From Catajapyx aquilonaris (lineage: Eukaryota), in the NCBI GenBank assembly GCA_000934665.2, contig JYFJ02001992.1, positions 1-64,000 of the forward strand: DNA of 64,000 nt. The letters run 5' to 3'. The notes below the pieces were generated by a model, which was not told the DNA's origin, searched no databases, and worked only from the letters and a program-made list of their open reading frames with translations. This document shows, one piece after another, positions 39,581-51,500 of this stretch. The translations under genes were made by a program, and so were the position numbers. Position 1 is the first letter of the stretch. Every line of letters begins with the position of its first letter.

Positions 39581-40065
39581 ACCTTATGCAACTGTAATGC
39601 AGTCCAGAAAAAAAGAACCTGTACCAATAGTAATTGAGTGGAATTCCGCATTTAATTATTACTAGATTCAATTCATCCTTGGAATGGACTCATTTCCAGT
39701 CTTCATTACCGGTCAAGATTATATTCCTCGATCCTTAATCCCATATATTCCCATACGCAACATGCACTGTTGCATGCCTGTCTCGATAGTGTTTCCGCCT
39801 AGGAATCGTCCAATCTAGAAATGAGCTATTCTCACCCGCTTGTGCTCCAGATTAATTATTCAAAATTACACCTTGTTTATTGTATCAACCTACAATAACG
39901 GCCCCTAACGCAGTGTATGCGGAAATTAAATATCAGGCCAGTATGCTAATAGCCCCCACTAGTTTTATTAATGTCCTTTGTCAAGCTACGAGCATCGTAA
40001 AATTAACTACTAAGTGACCTACTTTCCCGCACATCCCGCCCTTCAATACCCTGCATACTCACCCG

Positions 40066-40067
<2 letters not shown>

Positions 40068-40124
<57 letters not shown>
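40068..40124. repeat. (ATT)n microsatellite
   Basis: Visible tandem ATT. Confidence 0.95.
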
Positions 40125-40126
<2 letters not shown>

Positions 40127-41437
40127 CTGACGTCAGCTCCTCTGGTGTGAGCTGTATGAGTTATACTTATCCAAAATTCTCGACTGCATCCCTTCAACTC
40201 CCATTTCGAAAAGATGTTTTTTTTTTTTTTTTCCTAGGACATGAACATCTGTCGGCTCGAAAGCTTCCAGATTCGCAAATGAACCTCACGTTCGGTACAT
40301 ATCCAGTTTAAAAGGACTCCTGTAAAAAAATTTCGCCCGTCCACAGGCATGACGGCCAAATTGCCTGTGGCGCCCTCGGGGAAAGACTGCTGACGTTAGT
40401 CACAGGTTCCGCTCTCAATTTTTCTACCTCTTTTTTTTTAACCATCCTCTATCTAACCGAAGTAGTGACCCAACGGTGCTCTAGGTAGATCTGGCTTCTA
40501 TCCAATGGCGACTAGCAAAAAAAAATTCTAGTCCTACCTTATTTAAATAAAATGGATATAGGATAGTATGGAAAAGTGCCAGTTTTGGCCCACATTGGCG
40601 ACATAGAAATTATATCCAGATGAGGCTGGGTATGCCGACACGTACCAGAATGCAACGAGTGCGCATTCCAAGGCGCAAGTGGCGTGTGATTGGCCCCCTG
40701 GAGGAGTCAACGTGAAGCTATTTTCTGCCACGGAACATGTGTTAGATATTTATGTGCTTGACCAATTTGAGCTCGGAACCTTCAACACGTACGCTTCCGT
40801 ATAGCTACAGTGTTTGGCGCAATGTGCGTCATATCTCGCAATATAATTTCGACGCCCGCTGGCAGTTATTACACCCATTAACTGATCAGAAAGGAAGAAC
40901 GCGGTCTAATTTACTACTCGTAATGATCAAATGAAACCGGGAAGAGCAGACAACGTTTTTGTTATAATTGCTTCTCGGGCTGCTAAAAAACAACTAGGTC
41001 TGATGTATAACATTGGGTCGAAAAAGGGTAAAAGCTACATCATGCCTTGATCTGCTTGGCTGTGTCTACACAGTCATTCTTAACGAAGAAATCTGACCAC
41101 AGGCTAGTTGGGACATCATCAGTCTTCCTCTACGGTGCGCGGTGCCTGCAACGGAAACTCCAGTCTCACAAAACGGGAGTACGTGTGTTCGGAGGTTTCC
41201 GTATCGACACCACCTCAACCACAGCTACTACATGAGCCAGCATGGCAACCAACAAAATAATAACGCTCGACATAAATTGAATTTAAATTTAAAAGGCACA
41301 TAACTAAGGTGCAGATTTTTAGGTTCTTAAAAACCCTCAAATAGGTAGGCATTTAGGCCCTGAAAACAGTCCAAAAGAAGCTCTTAAATAGGCACTATAA
41401 ATCAAGCTGGTTCTAATATTTTAATTTTTATATTTTA

Positions 41438-41966
41438 CTAGCTTCGGCACCCGCGTTGCCCGGGAAGAAATGAATGAAGGGAAAACACCTGCCAGTATCC
41501 CCGTCAACTGTGTGTCTACCTTATGTGTGTCTGGCCACCAATGCCATCTGGGGTCTTGCTATTCCAACACCTTGAACCTTTCCCGCCTGCATGGGCGCCC
41601 GACGTGGCAAATTTTTGAATTTCAGGACGCGGTTTGCCGCGTTCGACGCCGTTTGATTTTTTTTCAAAAATATAAAAATCGAATTTTTGAAGGTCGATCA
41701 CTGTAGTCCCCCCTTAATTACAATGACTTTTGACTTTTTTAGTTATCCAGGCGGGGGGGGGGGGGGGGCGNCTTGCCCATACGTGCGGGCGCCCATGCCC
41801 GCCTGTATCCTCCATCCTCTCCCGGCCTGGGGTGGAGCACAGATGATCTGTGCTCCACCCCCAGGCCGGGAGAGGATGGAGGTGTTAGGGGTTCACTACA
41901 GATGGCAGGCAAATGACGGCTGGCAGGCGGACAGACAGACAGACTCACAAACGGCTTTATTTATAA
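41438..41966 (-). mobile_element. Helitron-like element, copy 3, internally rearranged
   Basis: Same ends as 22928-23229, with unrelated filler at about 41590-41800 and a new palindrome at about 41809-41882. Confidence 0.8.
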
Positions 41967-44486
41967 AGAGGATTACAGCCTACTCTTGGCCATGCAATTT
42001 TGCAGCACAGTAACAAACTATCAGTTATTCCATATACCGGTATTCGTTGGTTAATCGCAGTTATTCGGCGACAGTTAAGATTGCCCCTCACGGGGAGCCA
42101 ATATGGCCGATAGAATAGCCGTCGGGCCGAATGTAGCAGCTTATTTAACGGCTATTAATAACCGTTCTTTCGTGTCGCAATAACGGTTAACGGCATATTA
42201 CCCGGGATCCTACACATCAACCGCTTCTGCGCTCGTCACAGGATGAAGTGGGAGGGATTCATTGACCGGAAAACCTGCAGAACTCTCGAAAATCTTACCA
42301 AACGGTGTCAAAAAGGTCGAAATAGGCACTAATAGGCCATTTAGGTTCCAACACCCGAAATAGGCATTTTTAGGTTCTATAAAACTGCGATTTTTGAGGT
42401 CTTTGTGTTATGAAACGGATAGATATTTTGGTTCCGGTGTTCTGCCTACAAAATCTCTACACATAACCCTTCGACATAATTTAGACATAATTGTAATCAC
42501 TAATATGGGAGTCAATTTGAATCAATCTGCAGCACCTTTCAATTGGATAGGTTCCTATAAGTGTTAACCAATGATCACGTTTCATCTAACGTGACGTCAG
42601 CGCAAAATCAAATCTCTCAAACATGAATTTGAGCCAAGCCACAGTCTGGGAAGGGAGGGATCCCGGAACGAAATTTGCATAATTATCGGACCTAAGTGCT
42701 GACCGTGACGGGGTAATTAGCCATCGATAATGTGACCAGGGGATGAAAATGGCAGACGTTAAGAGAACGGTTCAGATGGCGGCTTATAAATCAAGGTTGA
42801 GCTACTTGTGGAGATTACGTCACTCAAGAAAACATTCAGTTGAACAAATCAAAATAACGTTTGATTGAATTCAACCAATAAGCTTTTTAAATATTGTGAG
42901 GGATGACCTGAGGGGGTCAACCCTCATATATATTTTTTAAACGGAGCAACCGTTTATTAGACCGGCTTGCTTCCCGGCCACAACACAACTCTCTCTACAA
43001 ACGAGCTCCCACCAGGTCCAAACCAAAGCGCGCGCAGGCGCCCTCCTGCCATCTAGTGATGGGACGTCACAAAGTAGTTTAAAATTCTGATTAAAATAAC
43101 TTAATTTCTCTCAACCATTTTCAGCCTTCATTTTGATATATATTCGCAAAAGTTTAAAAATTATGGAGGAGCGTTGGATACAGCAGCCTCCGCATAAACA
43201 GTAATTCTTGCAACGCACTTTGCAAAACAAGTCTCGAACCCATAATCAATGGCCTTAATTAGGAACTAAAATTGCCAGGATGTTTGCAAATTTCTCGCTC
43301 ATTTTGCATTCCTGTTTCGTTGGAGGCAGGCAGATTGGAGGAAACGAAAAGGGTATAGGGTGGGTATACACTTAAAAAAAAAAAACACTGGCTGATATCC
43401 AACTCTTGGTGTTTAGTGAAGTCTACTATAGTGTGCAGTAGTGGTGAGGCATTCATGAAGCGTGATGGAGATTGGGTGGTGGTAATTTATTCATTGCAGA
43501 CGGAGAGGGTGAGCGTTACTGCTGGGGGAAGGCAGAAGGCTGTGGTGAATTATTAATCAGTGCCACCCTATATTTTTACTTGCGTCTTGTGTTAGAAGAG
43601 GTGCAATCATAGTGGGCACCACAATCGACTAGTTTTTATTGTACACCCTATTCTATATAGGGAAGCGTCGCAAAAAGGCGGGGTAGGGGGTTCGCAATTG
43701 GGGTAACAGGTGGTGTACCAAATGAAACTGGATTTATATCTAGTACTATAGAAAACGAAAAAAAAATATCCGGCTGAAATCTAACCCCCCCTCAACATAC
43801 GGCTGTAAAAGCAATTACGGTTGCTCTCTCGTAAAATGTCTTCAATTTTTCGCCACGAAAATGGAAATCTATTTGCGAGGCACAAACATTTCATTCCGGG
43901 CTTGAGAAGACTTGCTGTAGGCGTCAAATTATTAGCAAGGAGCCCAAGTTAAGTAAATACCACCCNCCCCCCCCCAAAAAAAAGAGATCAGGATTTCTGA
44001 AGAAATTTTTAGCAAGACGGTCATTTTCTCTCTACACACACCCACACACGCCCATGACCGCCTTTGGGGAAAAAAAAACTCATGTGCGAAATACACGTTC
44101 CATCTTAATACCGCACAAACACGCAACATGCAGATCACTCAAAAGTAACGCTAAAATTACAGAGACATATTTGGTGGCACTTGCAAAAAAAAGGAGATCA
44201 AGAAGGCGTAGGGTCACCTGTTACTTAAATGGAAATTCGATTTCGGTTTTTCGTGCTGTGTGAAGCACATCGGATGCGGTTGGGATGAGGTCAAAATGGG
44301 AGTGATGAATCAAAGGCCATCCATCACGATGACGTCACTTCCGATATCCTCCTACACTTATTCGCCTCTAAAAGCTATTAACTCAGTAGGAGAAATGTTT
44401 CGACCAACCTTCTGTCATGTCGCTTTTTATCTTTTGAGGGGCGGGTTTGAAGAACCGAGGGGCTTTTGTCACGGATTAATCACCCA

Positions 44487-44521
44487 ACTTACCTGCAACA
44501 GAGAAAAACATATGTGATTAG
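44487..44521 (-). other. Candidate recursive splice site (ratchet point)
   Basis: Minus strand ctaatcacatatgtttttctctgttgcag|gtaagt: branch motif, pyrimidine tract and CAG directly followed by a perfect donor; junction at 44493/44492. Confidence 0.7.
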
Positions 44522-45072
44522 AGATGCATATTCATAAGTACATAATATATACAAATTAGATTTGGGCTTCAGAACCTGGTTTGGTGCACATAACCATTTT
44601 ATGCGATACCAAATGTAACTTACTCTCTACAAAGGCAAACTAGCCTCAGGGGGGTAATAAAATAAAATAATACATTCATAAATAAATATGCAGTATGTTA
44701 TAAATGCAGTGAAACCTGTTTATAACGGGAGTTTGAACAATATGGCTATTATCAATATATTTCTGTCGAATATAATATGAACCTGTTCAGCATGGAAATT
44801 TTTAATAAACATATCGATTCAGCCATATACACATTTCCCTGTATTATATCACATTAATAATAACGACGAGAGGTAAATACGTGGGAATAATATTTGGCTC
44901 CCTGGAAGTGTCATGAAATGCACCAGGATGGCGCCCGAAATGACTTCCAAAAATGGCACATAAAAATATTTGGAGCTGCTGCCCTCCAACGTAGAAAGAG
45001 CTAATTAAGCCATAACCAGTCCCCGCCTGGTCTCTTGTTAACTTGGTCCATTCCACACACGGTCCTCTTTGT

Positions 45073-45104
<32 letters not shown>

Positions 45105-47502
45105 ACAATCCAATCAGCTTCCTTTCAATTTTTCCAGCCCCATTTCATGCCCAGAGTTTATCTGCGTATTAACGCCCCTGTACTTTGCAGCCATAAATTA
45201 GAATTAAAATGGATGTTGAGATTCCGGAGTTCAATTCTCCATTAAAAGCGACCTCCACTTCTAACGTATCGATCTGAACCTCATGCTATTGGAAAGAGCA
45301 AGTTACTTTTACCCCCCCCCTACTATAGCCCTCCCTATAAGAAGCGAACTGCCTAACCAATTAAGAATCTCGTTATGAAGTTATGGTTCTGAAGAAGAAG
45401 AATAAAAAAAAAAGTTTGAAAGAATTTCGAGCTGAAGGTCGTTTAAGGATAGGATTTCTTATTCTTTAAAATAAAAAATGTAGGGTAAGAAAATAGATTT
45501 TAAAGAAGTGGTTGAGAACACCTCTTGCGAATGTGGTGAAATCAACAGCTAACCTCGGGTGTCTTTCAGGGGTGTTTAATTGCCTCCAAAGTAAATAGGC
45601 AATAAAATTTGCATTCACCAGACTCTGGGCCATCAACTCAACAACCCGTGTCCTTCTAATCGGCTTTCTCGCATTAGCAAATCCTCCCCCGCCACCAGCC
45701 ATTTGAATATTGGCACTAACTCCCCAGCCATGGACACCAGCCTCTACACGTTTTTGAAACCTCCCAGGAGGAATTTTAGTCTCGATGGAAATGTACCTAG
45801 GTATATGATAAATAAAATATGAGGCAAAAACATGCATGGGTTTTTTTTTTCTGGCGGATCACTCAGGGTATGTGACAGTTGAATGACGTGAATGGGTTAT
45901 GAGCGTAACTTTAGGGAGATGAAAGACTTGGCTAAACAACTGTTATGTACTCGTACTTGATCAAAACAGTGACCTTGATTGGAGGGGACAAAAACAGGTC
46001 ATATCCGTTTGTATCGGATGTAATCATCTTCGATGCCTTTTGCTATGTGAATAGAGTATATGGGAATACAAGAAGGGCTGTGACATCATGTGGTTTAGCT
46101 TGCACCAATACGTCATTACTTGGCCTCGTCGATGTTGACACAAATAAATTTGTAACTGAAAACATCTGTTCCTCTATTTAAAAAGAAAGGATTTGATTCC
46201 TTATCATTTTAGTACATAGCGTACGTTCACTGGTCTTTCTACAACGTTATTTGTAGATAAATTAACTGCTCTTTTAACTGTGATCCATGCTATACATTGA
46301 TGTGATATCAAGCAGCACATTTTAGGGACAGAAAAGAAACATTTCTGGAGCGATATCTATTGCAAGAGTTTGTCAACTACGCAATACTGCGTTACTGTAT
46401 ATGTATCATTTCAAGCATGGTGTTGCCTACTTTATATTCATGAAAATTACAGAATAATATTAATTAAGCACGTTCAGACGAGTTTGAATGGGATGACAGA
46501 TGGTATGCAACAGTAAGTACGTTATTTACAAAAGCAAGGCCATTCTGATTGCGGCATACTAAATTAGCAAATGTCAGCCCGAAATACCATAGGCCCGATA
46601 ATATTAGCTTTCTGCATCTCCCACACAGACAACTCCTGTCCAAGTACCATGGAATATATTCTACTTAATCAGTATGCCATTATAGTAGCGCCTCTCTGCT
46701 GCAGCCTTATATCAAAATCAGCACGTGCTACATCACTATTACTATTCCAGGCATAACTTTGCCCTATCGGTACACCCTGTACCTGTAATGTCTGGACCAA
46801 AGTGTCCTAGGTCCCAGACAGCCTCGGTTACTAACCCTGAGCATTTTCGGAACAAGACCAAAAAAAAAATCCGGAGGTCCAGACACCGCAGACCACCTAG
46901 TGTCACGACAACAATTCGCCTCGTGGCCTCATAGCCAAAAAGTCTACTATAATCACATAATCCGTGCCGTCACATTTTTTTTTGTACCGGAACAGTCCGG
47001 TTATTGTGCAGTATCATTTGTCACACCTCAGCGCGATTTTCGGCCCCATTTTTCACTCCAGAATGTGACAAGGAAAAGCTCCGCACAATCGCTTGTCAAA
47101 AACGTCGCCCAAAAAAATATAAAAATGTTCTTAAAAAAAAAAAGAAGTCAGGAACCAGAACTCATCTGGTCTATTTCGGTGTCCTTCCTACTCGCGGTGA
47201 TCCAAAAATAAAACTTTTTTCGCGCCTTCTAATCGCGTCCCGGTTTCTACTCCTGGCGAAGACTAAGCCACCGAGAAAAAAAATACAAGACTTCTATACA
47301 AAGGTCAATATGTGGATAAAAACATTTATGATATTAATACATATATTTTGACCCCAAAAATGGTGCGAGATATCGATCCTAAATTATAGATTTCCAATTA
47401 TTGAAAATTCTAGGCGCATAGAACCACATTTTGAGGATTGGCCTTCTGTCGGATGCAGAAAATAGATTCCTTAGAGCCCCAGAATATCCGTTTTGAGACT
47501 AA

Positions 47503-47627
47503 GGGCCGGTTTCACCGAGCTTGGTATATGATAAAACCAGGTTTCTTTAGGAAAGTCCATACAAATAGATAGGGATTTTGAGAAATACCCTGGTTTTATC
47601 ATATACTGAGCTCGGTGAAACCGGCTC
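47503..47627. mobile_element. Small GGGCCGGT-ended MITE with TAA TSD
   Basis: taa-gggccggtttcaccgagct...agctcggtgaaaccggctc-taa; about 40-bp TIRs. Confidence 0.85.
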
Positions 47628-49142
47628 TAATTGACGCTATGGGAAATGCGCGTCAAACGTTATGCTTATAAGGTACCATCCCCTAGAGTATTGACTTCTG
47701 GGAGTCAAGTGGCAGCGACAAATCTTCCTTCCCCCATTTATCCCTCCAAAACTAATCTTAATCACGATCATCCGGAACACAGGAGATAAGTGGAGAATTT
47801 CTCCTAACTCCATTTTTATAGATTAAGATCCAGCCGCCTGCTCCTCTGAAAATTTTCTGAAAAGGCATCAAAAGCCAAGTTCGTTCTAGAGATTCAAAAG
47901 CTGCTAAATGGAACAGGATATATGCCTCAACGAATCGAAAAGTTGGGGGGGGGGGGGGGNGCTCAAAGGATCATTATGACCTATTCTTTAGGGGTTCTGA
48001 GATCGTTACCGGTACACAATTAATCTTAGCACCAACGTTAGATCATTTGACCTCTAAGGAACCACACTTATGGACCAGGTGTACGGTGTATATGGATAGA
48101 GTCAGATGACCTCCAGCTTTACTTTTCGATCATGTCACTTCTCTTCCGTGTCAGGTAGAAAGCACGCGACGGAAGCAATTTCCCGCCCAGCTTTTCAGCG
48201 TCAGCCATTTTGGACAGCAGGCTTGGGGATGACCACTCGCACATGACGCCCCGTAGTGGAAACTTCTTGCAATTAGTGAGATCGCCGTTCATTTCGACCC
48301 CCTAGACCAATCCTCCGCCCCAACCATCCTTTCTCGCCCGTCGCGTGAGCACCAATCATCACTTTGGGTCATTTCCTACGGGGATACTTGTCAGCTGAGA
48401 AGATTTAGCAGTATCGCTATAGGAATGAATTGTGCCAGAGGGGGAAAAAAACCTTATAGTATTGTGTTTATAGCCATTTAGTATGACCAGGCTGTAATAT
48501 ACTGTGTGAATGAGGAAGCTGCACGTTAAGTGCAAATTGAATGCTCAATTGGGGCTCAATTTTGGATCAGTTGGTTAATGCATGTGCATAAACGTTATTA
48601 CTTCCAAGATATTCGCAAAAAGTACTGGTATTGAAATTGCTAACGTCATAATAACGCAACCAAACCATTGTAATTTACGGTGGCGACTTGGTACCGTATC
48701 ATCGCGTAATCCATATTTATTTACTGCCAGAGAGGAAGTCGGTAATACATATGGGGTAGGCTATTCTTAAAAGTTGTCACCTTGTCGTTATTAACAGTTT
48801 TAACGTGAACCGTAACAAAAATCAGAAAGTATTACGGAGCACGACTGATTTTTTGATTCTCAATTAATATTCATCACTTCAATGCTTTGGACCCAAGAGG
48901 TTGATAATTGACATTGGTGTAATAGCGTATATTACAAGGCGTGTGCATTGTAAACATTAGCCGAGCCTTAGTGCTCTTTCAGGCCCTCATTCCACATTTT
49001 ATCAGCACATCTTTATTTCTCCGGCCGTAAACAAACTGGAGGAGAAACAAATATGACAGCACTTAATAATGACAACGCGTTGTTACTGTTGTAAAAGAAC
49101 TTGCACAGCTATTTCCTTCCCGATCTATTAAATTTATCTCAC

Positions 49143-49330
49143 CTATCCGCTGTCGCTAGGCCACACAATAAAATTGAAGAAAAAAAAGACAAAAATTCCA
49201 GAGATATGTAACCAACATGTTTCACATTCCACATTGCATCGCACGCAATGACATTCCCGGTCACTATGCGCTTACATATTATCATATCCTCCGATCTGCC
49301 TGGAGACGGACTTGAACGACCGCATCCCAT
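49143..49330 (-). CDS. Candidate alternative N-terminal exon (MGCGRSS...GLATADR)
   Basis: acgATGG start context, 62 open codons, phase-2 donor GAT AG|gtgaga. No homology recognised. Confidence 0.3.
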
Positions 49331-50763
49331 CGTCTCCCATGCCGTATATACTGGCCACAGCCGCCATCTTGACACCGTCTTGACTTGTATCCTCAAGTTC
49401 CAAGGTCACGTCATCCTCCTTGTGTCCACTCCGAACCGGACCTTCCGCATTGGGGGGGACCCCATTTCACGGAGCGTCCATCCCCACCATAACCACAACA
49501 CAACTGTTTCGTGTGGGGCGCATGCACTGCCCTGCCTACATGTCAGCCATGCCACGTCGCTTCTGGGAAAAATTAACGGGGGAGTAGGGGGCTGTGGGTC
49601 ACTAGGGGTCACAAGCAACCTGGACACTACCCTGGAGGCAATCCTCCATGGCGGCCCGACACATGACCAGAGTAGGCCTAGCACGCGTCAAATGTGACGC
49701 CATGACACCTCTCCCCGCCCCCTCCTCCCCACCCTTCCCTCTCTGACTGCTGGATCGCGGTGGTTTGAGACCGGAAGGCCAGGTAGTTCTGTGGGCCAGG
49801 TAGTCAGAGCGACAGTTCGCACGGGTATAGTCCCCTTCATTGATCCGGCGGGGAATAAATGTTTCATGCATGCCGCGGAAATAATTGATGAGGGGGGGCC
49901 TTATACAATCTTCTTTCCGTGGGCCCTCCGCATTTGGTAGGTTTACGAGCCTTCACTCCTCACTCTCCTACACACACTCAAATTGTTTTCTTTCTTATTT
50001 TTCACTCTGGTTCTACCGACCTATTCGTTAAGACCTTATACCGGATTGTTAGCGACAATTGGACTCAAATGGCGTGCTGGTGCAATATGCATAAGAACCT
50101 GTCCAAAGCAAGTGTAACTCAATAGCAGCTGGTCCGTCCCATGAGGCGGGTACTACAGAATTGATTTCAGGACATAAAGGAGTAGGACCAATAAACATAG
50201 CTAATGGGGAGTTCCGTCCCCCCTTTGTCCGATAGATACCCGATGTGATTTTGTAGCGAACCGGAACATATACATAGGCCACAAAAACCTGGTTTGATAA
50301 TCACTTCACCGGTCTCTGTGATTGGATAAGGCGTAGTTAATAATGAAGACAAAACGAGTCCTTTTTTCCTTCCTGTAGTTTCCTACCACTGCTGAATATT
50401 TGACCGCCGTACCGCTGTCCGTAAATATTCTTCCGGCATTGAGCTCCACCGCTTCTTCGTGAGTAATTCATTGACCTCACTTCATCCGCACAAAAGTCCA
50501 TCCCGGTTCCAAACTTGGGGCGGTCCATTCAAAATTTAATCCGGTTTTCACAAAACAACCCCGGAGCAGTCAAGTCCCGCCCAAAATATGCCCATGTTTC
50601 TGGTAGAACTTGGCCTGAAGGGGTCACTGCAAATTGTGTTTTCCATCTCAGGGCTTGGATTTCTCTGAAAGTGCTGCCACTGGTGGTAGACTTCCCAACC
50701 CAGAATTTGCTAACTATTTTTAAATTACATCTAAAAATCTAACTGTAGAAGTGTCTTATTATA

Positions 50764-51202
50764 TAGGGTGAAGGAAAACTCGCAGACAATCGCCAGGTAG
50801 ACTGATACTACTCGTAAAACTAATATATAGGTATGTACAATTAGTTTTGGGCTACTCCGTTGAATAGTTAATGCGTACGGCGCCGTCAAAGTTTCGTGAC
50901 GTCACGTCCGTTCCGCCAGCTTCAAAGAAGCAAAAGTCAGTTCGAGTGCCTCCGGTCCTTTGCCTTGGTCCCCTAACACATCGTTCATGTGCAATAGGTG
51001 ATCAAATCCCGTCAGAGTCAGAATCCGGGTACGACACCCGTGCACTTTTGTCGTTTTTGCCTCATATTTTATCAACCGGGCCACTACACTTTAAAGGTGC
51101 CGTACGCATTAACTACGCAACAGAGCCAAAAACGAATTGCACATCTCTATATTAGTTTTGCGAGTTTACCTGCCGATTGTACGCGAGTTTCCCTTCACCC
51201 TG
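50764..51202. mobile_element. (C/T)AGGGTG-ended MITE
   Basis: tagggtgaaggaaaactcgcagacaatcg...cgattgtacgcgagtttcccttcaccctg-ta. Confidence 0.8.
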
Positions 51203-51228
51203 TATACAGGACATCAGGCATCTCTGAG

Positions 51229-51500
51229 CGGCTAAGCTTTCGTATCGGGGGACCATGCACTTTTACCTATTCTCCTATAGGCGTGTACCTGCTGAAGGAT
51301 ACTGTGTACCTGCTGAACGATACTGTGAACCAGCTGAAGGATACTGTGAACCTACTGAAGGATACTGTGAACCTGCTGAAGGATACTGTGAACCTGCTGA
51401 TGAAGGATAAGCGTGTATCCGCCCGGAAGGAAGGTTAGGTCATGGGGTAGGTTGGTGCAACGTGCCCCTACTGCCACATTCGGTCTCCCATTACGAAAGT
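51229..51500 (+). mobile_element. Dispersed repeat containing a 21-bp minisatellite; related to 57348-57860
   Basis: ggctaagctttcgtatcggg...ttcggtctccc; tandem ctgctgaaggatactgtgaac units at about 51289-51400. Confidence 0.7.

Noticed and set aside
40063..40220. Strong donor CGG|gtgagt preceded by in-frame poly-Asn
   Set aside because: In-frame TAA at 40163-40161 and no ATG after it; it could only be non-coding.
51289..51400. Regular 21-bp repeats (also 59640-59800) suggestive of a CRISPR array or coiled-coil ORF
   Set aside because: Head-to-tail minisatellites without unique spacers, in eukaryotic DNA.
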